A DNA stretch of 64,000 nucleotides from Myripristis murdjan (Eukaryota). Where the stretch lies: the NCBI RefSeq assembly GCF_902150065.1, contig NC_043987.1, forward strand, positions 1,561,386-1,625,385. The letters are read 5' to 3'. Below, piece by piece: positions 1 through 9,955 of this stretch; position 1 is the stretch's first letter; every line of letters starts with the position of its first letter. The position numbers and the translations under genes are program-made. The notes below the pieces were generated by a model that was not told the DNA's origin, ran no database searches, and was given only the letters and a program-made list of their open reading frames with translations.

Positions 1-1
1 T

Positions 2-118
2 CTGGCAGAAGAGAAGAAGTTCCAGCAGCACATCCTGGGCCAGCAGAAGAAAGAGCTGACTAGTTTATTGGAGTCCCAGAAGCGGCAGTACCGCCAGCGC
101 AAGGAGCAGCTGAAAGAG
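2..118 (+). CDS. taok2: TAO kinase 2 internal coding exon, truncated at the window edge ([39 protein letters not shown])
   Basis: Frame-2 translation matches the conserved TAOK coiled-coil region. It continues in frame into the next exon ([19 protein letters not shown]). The 3' boundary implies a GC donor (AG|GCATGA), so the end coordinate is approximate. Confidence 0.8.
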
Positions 119-1131
119 GCATGAGCCAAATCCCAATGTTCATACTGGTGCATTCCTGCCATTTAAATCCCAGGGCACTCATGTTGCACATGTTCATCAA
201 ACATTAACACAGGTTTTAGTTTATTTACACAGGAGTTTACATTTGCTGAGGTTAGAGCCACATATGTGTACATCTTCCACCTTTCTCCTCTGCTAATATG
301 ATTGATGAGAGGAAATGATTCAACGAAACAGCTTTATGGATATTTTATCTTAAAGCTTTTGAACATTGGCTCATATCATCTATCAGTACATTCAGCCCAA
401 AAACATCAGTAATGGCCTCAAAAAATCCACATCAGTTGGACCCTAGTATTTATCATAACATTAAAAACATGCTAATATACATATATTATAAAGTTACTAT
501 ATAGTCTTATTTATATTATATATTTCATATTTTTATTAATATTATAAATTTTTATTATTGTTACTATTATTATAGAATGTGTTATTATAATTACATACTT
601 AGAATTGTATATATTATATACTTATATATTATATACTACTATATTTTGAATTCTTTTGTGGGAGGGTGGTTAATGTTTTGTAATTATTTTAAAAAATGAT
701 AATTTTAGGAGAATTTTCTCATAATTTGTTGTATTTTTTTTGGCAATTTTCTGATGATTTTGTGGTTTTCTTAGAATTTTTTATAATTTAAAAGATATAT
801 TTTTTGCTAATTTTCTGGTTATCTATTTTTCTCAACATTTTCGGTGAATTTTTTGATAATTTTCTTCCAATTTAATCTGAAATATTTATATTTTTTTGAA
901 AGTTGTCGATTGAATTTCAAAAGGTTGCAAGTACTAGTTAATGTTAGTGTCAGTATGCTCAATCAGGCAGAGGTGATGTAATGAACCGTCACGTAGCTTC
1001 TGTCAGGCAATTTGTTACAGGCCTGTCCTGAGCTTTGTGATAGTTGTCATCCTGATATGTTGTTTTGGATTTGTGGCACTGAATTTTCACACTCTGCTAC
1101 CCTCTCCTCGTCTTTTCCCTCTGCCAAGCAG

Positions 1132-1335
1132 GAGCTGAACGAGAACCAGTCAACACCTAAGCGGGAGAAGCAGGAGTGGCTGGTGCGTCAGAAGGAGTGT
1201 CTGCAGCAGATGCAGGCAGAAGAGGAGGCCGGCCTGCTGAGGAGACAGAGGCAATACTATGAGCTGCAGTGTCGCCAGTACAAAAGAAAGATGCTTCTGG
1301 CCCGCCACAACTTGGAGCAGGATCTGCTCAGAGAG
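1132..1335 (+). CDS. taok2: TAO kinase 2 exon ([68 protein letters not shown])
   Basis: Acceptor ccaagcag|GAG, donor GAG|gtaaac. Near-identical to the remembered TAOK2 segment [31 protein letters not shown]. Phase 0, 204 nt. Confidence 0.9.
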
Positions 1336-1678
1336 GTAAACTGCTCACTTGCACACCAGGACCTCTTCTTGACCAAAACAGATCTGGCTGTCTAGCTCAG
1401 TAGTCCCCAACCACCGGTACCGGTCCACAAGACATTCCAGACCGGGCTGTGCAGCGTGGGAAAAAACGTGCCACACAACCTATATGCATGCATTTGTTAG
1501 ATCACGTGTGATTTGGCACCCGACTGTAACTTTTTTCCCGTTCCTTTTGATGCTGTCATTAGTCAAAGTCACAGAAAAAAATACATATATAAATTAAAAA
1601 TTAAGATTGGTGGAAATGCCTGAGTCATAATAATGTAGATGATTAAAAATATTTACAAATAACTGACAGAAAACATTA

Positions 1679-1820
1679 GGTTGGGTGCCCCGGTAGCTCA
1701 CCAGGTAGAGGTGTGTACTAAGTGTCAAGGTGAAGTCCTTTAAATGCAGTGGCTTGGGTTCAGATCCAGCCCAGGCCATTGGCTGTCCTGCTGTTGACTT
1801 TGAATAAAACTTTGGAAATT

Positions 1821-1851
<31 letters not shown>
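1679..1851 (+). mobile_element. tRNA-derived SINE with poly(A) tail
   Basis: tRNA-like head GGGTGCCCCGGTAGCTCACCAGGTAGAGG (A-box-like). B-box-like GGTTCAGATCC. Terminates in a roughly 28-nt A run at 1824-1851. Confidence 0.6.
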
Positions 1852-1854
<3 letters not shown>

Positions 1855-2037
1855 CATAAGAGAGAAAATAATCAAATAAATTCAAATTAAGTAAATAATT
1901 TACTGTGACATAATCAACATAAATCCACCCTTATGTTCCCATACTGACTGCAGGCTCTTGTCTGAACAATAATTTTCTATTACATGACAAATTTCAAACA
2001 TCCATCTAATATCTGCCTATCTGCCAGACTCTAATAC

Positions 2038-2902
2038 AGGGTTCCCACACGTCCTGGAAAACCTGGAAAACCTGGAGAATAATTGACCAATTTTCCAGTC
2101 AAAATTGAGCTGCAGTGCTTCTCTGCTTCTAGCCGGCACAGCGCCGGGACACAGGGAAGAGGCACCCTTTAAATGAGGAGGGTAGGCAGTGAAAATGTTG
2201 TGCTAATGTTGTTAGCATACATGAATGGGATTCAACATGGCTAAATTAGCATTACAGCTATCAATCAGTCAATATTTTGCAACTTTTAAACAAATCAAAT
2301 GTAATTCAAAGGGGTTGATGAAACAACATAGGAAATAAAGTAAAAATGTACTTGGTAACTAATGCACACTGAGCAATAAAATATGAGTACATAAAATAAT
2401 GCAAGATCAGGAATAAAAGATAAAAATCAATACAATGGTGATAAAAAGAAATATAATATGGTAAAATAAAATTGAGGCTACTTAAACAGAAAATCAATGC
2501 AATCTAATTATAAAAATATCATTTATTTAAATATAAACAATAAAATATAGATAAAGCTTCAGTTAGTTATATGACACTGGAATCTGTGGGTGTGATTGTA
2601 CAATTCTATGATAAATTTCTCATAATTTCTAAGAATGTAAGAGATTATTTCATAGATATGTTATAGCCATAGACTGCACATCTTTTAAATCAGACCTCTG
2701 GGGGTGGGAGAGGAATAAACATAGCAATCTGGGTAAATGAACAAAATGTAAGGTACAACTGTAGAAAAGAACACTTCTCCAAAGCACTTGGGGCCAAGGG
2801 ATGTATTAGTGTACAGTGTGATAACTTGACTCATACTGTAGCAGCTGAAAATGTCCTGGAAAAGTCCTGGAAAATAATTTCTAGAAAAGAGTGGGAACCC
2901 TG
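2038..2902. mobile_element. Non-autonomous TIR DNA transposon (TIR CAGGGTTCCCAC..GTCCTGGAAAA)
   Basis: About 60-bp terminal inverted repeats at 2038-2100 and 2845-2902. Flanked by direct TAATA on both sides. A second copy of the same termini lies at about 60041-60340. Confidence 0.6.
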
Positions 2903-3374
2903 TAATAGATGTGCCGCCATGTCGTCATGCTATTACTGATGTCTCCCAGAGTCTCCCTCTTAGACCACCTTTTTTCATACATTAGATCTCCTTGAATTTT
3001 CTATATTAATTTCTCAGTATCTTTAATTTGTTGAATTAGATCCCACCTTTTAATATTTTCCGGGGCCAGTTTTTGTAATGAGTTTCAAGGCAGTAATTCT
3101 TAATATTCTTATGAGATATTCAACTTCACCATCGACCACCCCAACTGGGGATTTCACCAGCAACATGAACTCAGTAAGTAATATTAATATCCATTTTCAA
3201 AATAAGGGCAGTTTCTTCAGATATTTTCCCAATACAACTGCAAAGCAGGGCACAACCGAATATGGCTATAATTTGCAAGGCTTTCCCCTTTTAGTATTTG
3301 TTCAAAACTTGTTTATCCCTTCTTGGTGTGATCACTTTTGCTTCTCTCCTGGTTTCTCCTCACCCCTCCACCAG

Positions 3375-3614
3375 GACCTGAACAAGAAACAGACCCAGAA
3401 GGACCTGGAGTGTGCCATGCTGTTGCGGCACCACGAATCTACCCAAGAGCTAGAATTCAGGCAGCTGGGTTCAGTGCAGCGAACTCGAGCCGAACTGATC
3501 CGAACACAGCACCAGACCGAGCTCACCAATCAGATGGAGTACAACAAGCGACGTGAGCAGGAGCTCCGGCAGAAACACACTGTGGAGGTCCGGCAGCAGC
3601 CCAAGAGCCTCAAG
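3375..3614 (+). CDS. taok2: TAO kinase 2 exon ([31 protein letters not shown]...RQQPKSLK)
   Basis: Acceptor ctccaccag|GAC, donor AAG|gtgagg. 240 nt, phase 0. Strong match to TAOK1/2 (QKDLECALLLRQHE...[21 protein letters not shown]). Confidence 0.9.
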
Positions 3615-5044
3615 GTGAGGAGGACGATGAAGAAAGCAAGTTTTAGTACCCAGCCCCACTAATATGTTTAAGACTGTGTGTGTCTGTGTCTTGGCAAACA
3701 AAAGGACTGGTTACATAATGACGGTGACCACAAAAGGACAGGGGATGTGAAACCAGGGGCATGTGCTATGGGCAAGCCATGGACCCCTGGAGCAATACTA
3801 TGCTAGGTGGGGCTTCAGTACACATTTGAAATTTCATACAATGAAACAGTTTTTGCGGTCCACATACAAACAATTTTCCAAATGCAGAAAAGTTGGTTTA
3901 TTGTGGAAGAACTGATGCACAGCTAACAGAAATATGTTAGCCTGAGATTTGCTATGAATTAGCTTTCAGTAATTTTAAAATAACTTTAATAGCACGCAGA
4001 TTATTTTAAAGGCTGAATGAGATGGATTTGTTGCTTGCTGTTTGTAAACACAGCATTCAAAGATGGCCCCCCTCCCTGGCTAAGTTAACCACCAGCCGCG
4101 AGGTTTTGTTTCCTAGGATGGTGATGGAATGAAATGACCATCTAAAATGTAAAACATTCTATAGCAGTCCTAGTAAAATTGGCCTGCCAGCACCTACCTG
4201 TCCAGCAGAAAACAGGCCAACAGTGCCTTGCTCTTCATTCTCATCCTGTCTCTCAGTGCTGAAAGCCAATCCCAGGTTCACTCTTGTTGTGGAACAAACT
4301 TTGCTTGGCGCTTTGCTTCACTAGATTTCATTTTTTCTGCTGTCCACGTCTATGATTTTCATAGTTCCATATTGGATGTTGTGCGTTGATCTGGCACTGT
4401 GCGCTGTTATTGGCTGGCAGCTACACACCAACTTCCCAAAGACACCCAGAAGAGTCCCGACCTCAGCAAAAAGAGAAAATCTGTGCAGAGGGCAGGGTCT
4501 CTGGAGATACACCAACACACTTCTAGTGGGACATAAGTAATGATTGACAGGGATTATTTTTGTATGAGTCTATATATTGTTTTTTAGGGAAATCATACTC
4601 ATTCTGCTTTTAATTAATTTGGTGCATTAACTTTAACTTAACTCTTTGTTGTTGCTGCCAGCTATGCACACTGTGACAGTTAGAAATGCACCAAACAACC
4701 AGGTGCTTGATTTGTCACTAGGGAATTTTCAATTTCAAAAGTTATTCAAACAAACTCTTCTGCTGATGAGGTGACATTAGTGAACACTACAGCTGTTGCC
4801 GTGGTAAAGTGAACCAAAATGCTGTGAACCAAAGGTCCTCAATGATCCACGCCAGTTCTTCCAAATTCCATATTCCTGTCCCACATGGGTGCTTGGCCTC
4901 TTCCTATTGCTGCTTGCAGCTAGAGTTTTTTTCTGTAAAGGTGTTATCTCTGTGAACTTTTTTTAGAGTACTTATAAAATTTGATTAATACGACAATTAT
5001 AGTTATCATGATGAACTAATTCCAGTTCCTACTAACTTCAACAG

Positions 5045-5257
5045 TCCAAAGAGCTGCAGATCAAGCGTCAGTTCCAGGACACTTGTAAGATCCAGACTCG
5101 ACAGTACAAAGCCCTTCGGAACCACCTGCTGGAGAGCACACCCAAATCTGACCACAAAGCCGTCCTCAAACGCCTCAAAGAGGAACAAACACGTAAGCTG
5201 GCCATTTTGGCTGAGCAGTACGACCACTCCATCAACGACATGCTGTCCACACAGGCT
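5045..5257 (+). CDS. taok2: TAO kinase 2 exon ([71 protein letters not shown])
   Basis: Acceptor ttcaacag|TCC, donor GCT|gtgagt. 213 nt. Nearly identical to the mammalian TAOK segment. The tool's minus-strand ORFs here are antisense artefacts. Confidence 0.9.
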
Positions 5258-5289
5258 GTGAGTAAGGCAAGGAAACCTCCGTGCACCGT

Positions 5290-5880
5290 CTACACCAAAC
5301 CCACTCACAGCATCCACTGCTCTTCCACAACATGATCACAGAATCCACTGCTCTTCAACAACATGATCACAGCACCCACTGCTCTTCAACAACATGATCA
5401 CAGCACCCACTGCTCTTCAACAACATGATCACAGCACCCACTGCTCTTCAACATGATCACAGAATCCACTGCTCTTCAACAACATGATCACAGAATCCAC
5501 TGCTCTTCCACAACATGATCACGGAATCCACTGCTCTCAAACATGATCGTGGACTCCACTACTCTTGAACAGCATGATCACAGAATCCACTAATCATAAA
5601 CAAGATCACAGAATCCACTGATCATAATAAACAATATCACAGAATCCATTATTCATAAACAAGATCACAGAATCCACTATCATAACTTGATCACAGAGTC
5701 CACTGCTCTTCAACATGACTACAGAATCCACTAATTGTCCACATGATCATAGAAACCACTGCTCCCAAACATGATCACAGAATCTGCTGCCCTTCAACAA
5801 CATGATCACAGAATCCACTAATCGTGAGCATGATCATAGAATCCACTGCTCTTCAACATGATCACAGAAAGCACTGAGAA
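5290..5880. repeat. Minisatellite, roughly 31-bp unit (CATGATCACAGAATCCACTGCTCTTCAACAA), about 19 copies, in a taok2 intron
   Basis: Direct tandem repetition is visible, with unit variants (ACAGCACCCACTG / ACAGAATCCACTG). It starts immediately after the taok2 exon donor at 5257. Confidence 0.9.
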
Positions 5881-6202
5881 TGAAACAATTCTAATAATAA
5901 AACCTTTACCTAACTTGAGAGATTTCCCAGCAAAAGAGGATGTTCAAGAGAATCAGAAAATTTTAATATGCTGTATTGATTGTACTGATAATGTTAACAT
6001 TTAGCAACCCAACATTTCTAAACCAAAGCCGGATTTAGATAAAAGGTTTGTATTTGCACCTGTATGCCCAGCAGTGGTCCAGACCCCAGTGAATTGCTCA
6101 GTAACAGTGTTTTATAACATTGCATCCACCATTTTAGCCCCAAAAACTCACAGCAGATTGCTGTCTACTGATGTGGAGGCTTGGTCCCGTTTTCTCCCAC
6201 AG

Positions 6203-6385
6203 CTGCGGTTGGATGAAACCCAGGAGGCAGAATACCAGGTGCTGCGGATGCAGCTGCAGCAGGAGCTGGAGCTGCTCAATGCCTACCAGAGCAAGATTAA
6301 GATTCACACTGACTCTCAGCACGAGCGAGAGACCAAGGATCTGGAGCAGAGGGTGTCTATCCGCAGAGCGCTGCTGGAGCAGAGG
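6203..6385 (+). CDS. taok2: TAO kinase 2 exon ([61 protein letters not shown])
   Basis: Acceptor ttctcccacag|CTG, donor AGG|gtatga. 183 nt. Conserved TAOK coiled-coil. Confidence 0.9.
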
Positions 6386-7029
6386 GTATGAACATGTTGA
6401 AACTGGTTGTGACTGGCAGCAGCACAACTGCAGGTCAAACCAGTTTCACACTAATCGCATTTCCATCAACCATTTTTTCATGCACATTTTGCCATATCAA
6501 ATTAAAAAATGCTTGATGGAAACAGCAAATGTCAATAGAAATTTCAAAAATGCGACAGAAGGTTTATATGCTCTCTTGAGATGGATAAACTTTTTAGTCA
6601 AAAAAGAAATGTTATCATGGTGGATGACGGTAACATCGACAGGTTCAGGTGGAAAGATGAAGAAAACAATACATTTGTCTATGCAAAGAATAGAACGGTG
6701 ATATTAGACAGGAAAAAGCAGTGCAACACAACCGTTAAAGTTTTGGAAATACAAATACAGAAATCCATCTCTGCAAACTTAGGAACAGCTATGGAGCCAG
6801 CATACAAGCTATTTGCCTGTAGAAACATTACATCATCATTCCACACCCAAAACACCACATGTCATTTGCTTAAACTACTATACCAGTGATTTTGAATGTT
6901 TGGCCCCTTTTCTACTGTTACTGCTACTAAAGAAACTTACTAAAGATTTCACAACATACAATCAAAATCCCAGCATTTTCAGTTTTAAATTTTTGGAAGA
7001 GACATCCACCTCATAATGTTCTGCTTATG

Positions 7030-7402
7030 TAGCTAACAAACTTGTCACCATTCAGAAACCATGAGCAAGCATTTCTTCTTCTGTTGTCCTGCAGAGAAAC
7101 CGTTTCACTCTGCCCAGTTTCAAGTCCTCAAAACAAAACAGTGCTGTTGCTTTTAGGAAGATAATGTGGATGACTTTGTTATGGTGATGGAATACTGGTG
7201 AGGCGAAAGTTTGAAGTCTCTGAAAATAAATATTCATATTGTACTGGAATGAATTGAAACTGATGGTTTAATAAAAGGTAGGAAAAATACCCATGTTCCA
7301 AAATACAATGCATTGCTTTCTTTTAGAAGAGATGACCAGAAATGTGAAGTATATACATTTTGTAGCTATTAGGCTGAACATGTAGAATCACTGGTATGGT
7401 GC
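7030..7402 (+). mobile_element. MITE family A (termini GGACCATACCAGTGATTTT), 5'-truncated copy
   Basis: Aligns to the copies at 42491-43070 and 53087-53661 (same orientation) and to 22409-22944 (reverse complement). Ends ...GAATCACTGGTATGGTGC. Confidence 0.7.
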
Positions 7403-7508
7403 TTTGAAAAGGCCTCATCATTAGCAAAATAATGATCAATTTGAAAATCACTTTATCTGTGTCTATCTAATATCTAACGTTCACATCTGTTTGTCTCCTG
7501 TCCATCAG

Positions 7509-8408
7509 ATTGAGGACGAGATGCTCTCTCTGCAGAATGAACGTTCGGAGCGAATCCGGACGCTGCTGGAGCGCCAGGCTCATGAAATTGAGAATTTCGA
7601 CTCGGAGAGCATGCGGCTTGGCTTCAGCAACATGGCGCTGACCGGGATCCCTGCCGAGGCCTTCAACCAGGGCTACCCCAACCCCAGCCCCTCATCAGGG
7701 TCCAGTGCCTGGCCGTCGCGTCCCGTTCCCCGCTCGGGCAGCCACTGGAGCCACAGCGTGCAGAACTCCGCAGCGCCACCCTCTTGGCGCAGCCAGAACA
7801 GCACCGCAGGGGGCGGCGGCTTCAGCCGAGCGGAGTCCATCATCTCGGCTCACGGGCTGGGCCGGGACAGCGAGCTGGGCCTGAGTGGGCGGGGCCACTC
7901 CTCAGCCTCCTCCTCCTCGTCATCTTCCTCTCATCACCAGCAGCAGCACTACCTCCCCCAGCACTATCAGCACCACCAGAGCACTCCGCAGCTGTACCGC
8001 GACACCCATGAGCGTGACCTCAGGGAGCGCGAGCGAGCCAGGGAGTGGGCAGGAGGGGGAGGCCACTATTCCCATCACCCCCAAGGCCGTCACCACCTCT
8101 CCTCCCACGCCTCAGCCCAGTCCCTGTCCCTCCTGCCGCCCCCGCCGCCGCCTCCCCCCATCTCCCTCTCCTCCTCCTCCCCTCCCTCCTCTGCCTCCTC
8201 CTCTTCCTCGTCTCAGGGAGGATATGGAGGCGGGGGTCTGAGCGTCAGGGGGCCCAGTCTGATGGCCCTGAGGAACAGCCCCCAGCCACTAAGGAGGACG
8301 GCCTCCGGTGGGCCAGGGGGTGGTGGCGGGGGGAGCGAAGGGGGGCTCAGTCGGAGCACATCAGTCACCTCTCACATCTCCAATGGCTCCCACCTCTCCT
8401 ACTCATAG
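7509..8408 (+). CDS. taok2: TAO kinase 2 terminal coding exon with TAG stop ([40 protein letters not shown]...[20 protein letters not shown])
   Basis: Acceptor tcctgtccatcag|ATT. 299 codons plus stop. Matches the TAOK2-beta C-terminus pattern ([60 protein letters not shown]). It carries a long Ser/Pro/Gly/His low-complexity insert. Confidence 0.9.
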   Translation: MEDEMLSLQNERSERIRTLLERQAHEIENFDSESMRLGFSNMALTGIPAEAFNQGYPNPSPSSGSSAWPSRPVPRSGSHWSHSVQNSAAPPSWRSQNSTAGGGGFSRAESIISAHGLGRDSELGLSGRGHSSASSSSSSSSHHQQQHYLPQHYQHHQSTPQLYRDTHERDLRERERAREWAGGGGHYSHHPQGRHHLSSHASAQSLSLLPPPPPPPPISLSSSSPPSSASSSSSSQGGYGGGGLSVRGPSLMALRNSPQPLRRTASGGPGGGGGGSEGGLSRSTSVTSHISNGSHLSYS

Positions 8409-9560
8409 AGCTCACATGGCTCCTGGTCTCCCTGACTTTGTGCACATGATTCTGCTTCTCCAACTGAAATGGCTAACAGGTGTTTCATTAACCTGAGGGG
8501 AGGAATAAGGCAGAAGCAGAACTAGAACCACACAAGAAAGGGAAGTTTTAACTTTTATCTGTTCTCCAAGAAGCTTCATAGAAATGGAGCATAGGTAAAT
8601 TGATCTTAAATATATATATATATATAATTTCATTTTTTTTAAGTACCCATCTCCCCCCTCAAAATAATTTGCAGTCTGTTTTCATTTGCTGCACAAGGGA
8701 AGGAAGAGAGTACGTACTGGAGTCATGTGACAGCTGCCCAGTTCTTAGAAGGGGCAAAGTGCTTATTATGCAGGCACATACACATTAACATGAGTATTAA
8801 GGTCACTTTCATACCTAATTGTCTTTTCTCTATGGTCTGGGCTAACGAGTTGTTTGACACATTGTAACACTGGCTTGGTTGGCTCTCACATGGCTCAAAT
8901 CAAAGCAAAACCATGACATGTAAATCAAAGTGACATGCTTGGTATTATTAGTCCGAGAACAAAGTGCATAAAGAGATAAGGTTCCTCTTTCAAATGTGCA
9001 CCAGGATTCAATTAGCACGGTCTCATCAATCCAGATAAAACACAGCAGGAGGGTCAATGCACCAGGGTTCGATTCAGCTGGACTAAACACAACAGGTGTG
9101 AAAGAAACCTAAGACTGAAATCCGGCCCTGCATTCCAGTTCCAGCTCCAGGCGTAGTTGATCTCTTCTGACACGTTCCGTTGTTGGGCTCAGTCTCAAGT
9201 GGTTTTGCACATTAACACTGTCAAAACACAACGAATCAAAACCGTGGCAAAAACTGAGCACCAGGGCGACACCAACAACATGACTAAAAGCCAGAAGGTG
9301 ATGTGTGTGTTGCAAAATGAACAAGTCGAATCAAGTCAGATCCACTAGTCAACAGGAACTTCTGATTATAGTATTTGTCCATTTTGTAACACAACAGATC
9401 TGCTGGTGACAGCACAGTATCAAGTGGGATGGTTGCACTGCAGAAAATTAAGTCACATGCACAAGCAGTAGACTTGCAGCTTGCATCAAAGCAGAGATGT
9501 TTGACTATTGAGAGTGGCAGTTGAGGTGGTGAGTTGAGTTCTTAATCTGCTTCTTGTTTC

Positions 9561-9955
9561 AAAGGGACAGTTCACCCATTTAGAAAAAATGTGATATTTC
9601 TCTTCCCCCCTAGCTGTTGTGTAGGACAGTAGAGGTGCTCTCTTCCTCTCATTGTTACTGAGTGCTGGATACTGGCTGGATGCTCCACATGCTAACTGTT
9701 AGCCTCCTGCCATTGAGCTGGACTTCCCCATGGTGGCTGACAAGAGCATGAAAGGTATATGAAACTTGCAATTATGGGGAGTGGAGGAAAAGGCAAAACT
9801 ATCATCTGCTTGCACCTCATAGGAGTATGCCTATTTTAGTTTTGGAAAGTACCATTTCTAAAGTGATGTTGGACCTTGTTTGAATGGATGGAAGCACTGT
9901 TAGCTGTCTGCTGGGATAATATCACATTTCTCTGAATGGGTGAACTGTCCCTTTT
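9561..9955. mobile_element. MITE family B with perfect about 30-bp TIRs (AAAGGGACAGTTCACCCATT...)
   Basis: Left end aaagggacagttcacccatttagaaaaaatgtgatatt and right end aatatcacatttctctgaatgggtgaactgtcccttt are reverse complements. Partial copies of the internal sequence lie at about 34690-34900 and, inverted, at about 36300-36425. Confidence 0.65.

Noticed and set aside
5006-5317. Minus-strand ORFs (103 aa and 72 aa) over this span
   Set aside because: They are the antisense frames of the well-conserved + strand taok2 exon 5045-5257. They have no homology and no splice support.
6134-6701. ORFs 6134-6427 (-) and 6171-6701 (+), alternative frames over the taok2 exon
   Set aside because: They overlap the taok2 exon 6203-6385 in wrong frames or antisense. 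The + strand frame-1 translation is the conserved one.
7695-8449. Multiple overlapping ORFs in alternative frames of the taok2 last exon (e.g. 7885-8241 Pro-rich, 8045-8449)
   Set aside because: They are compositional artefacts of the GC-rich S/P/G codon repeats. Only the frame continuing from [12 protein letters not shown] to SNGSHLSYS* is conserved.
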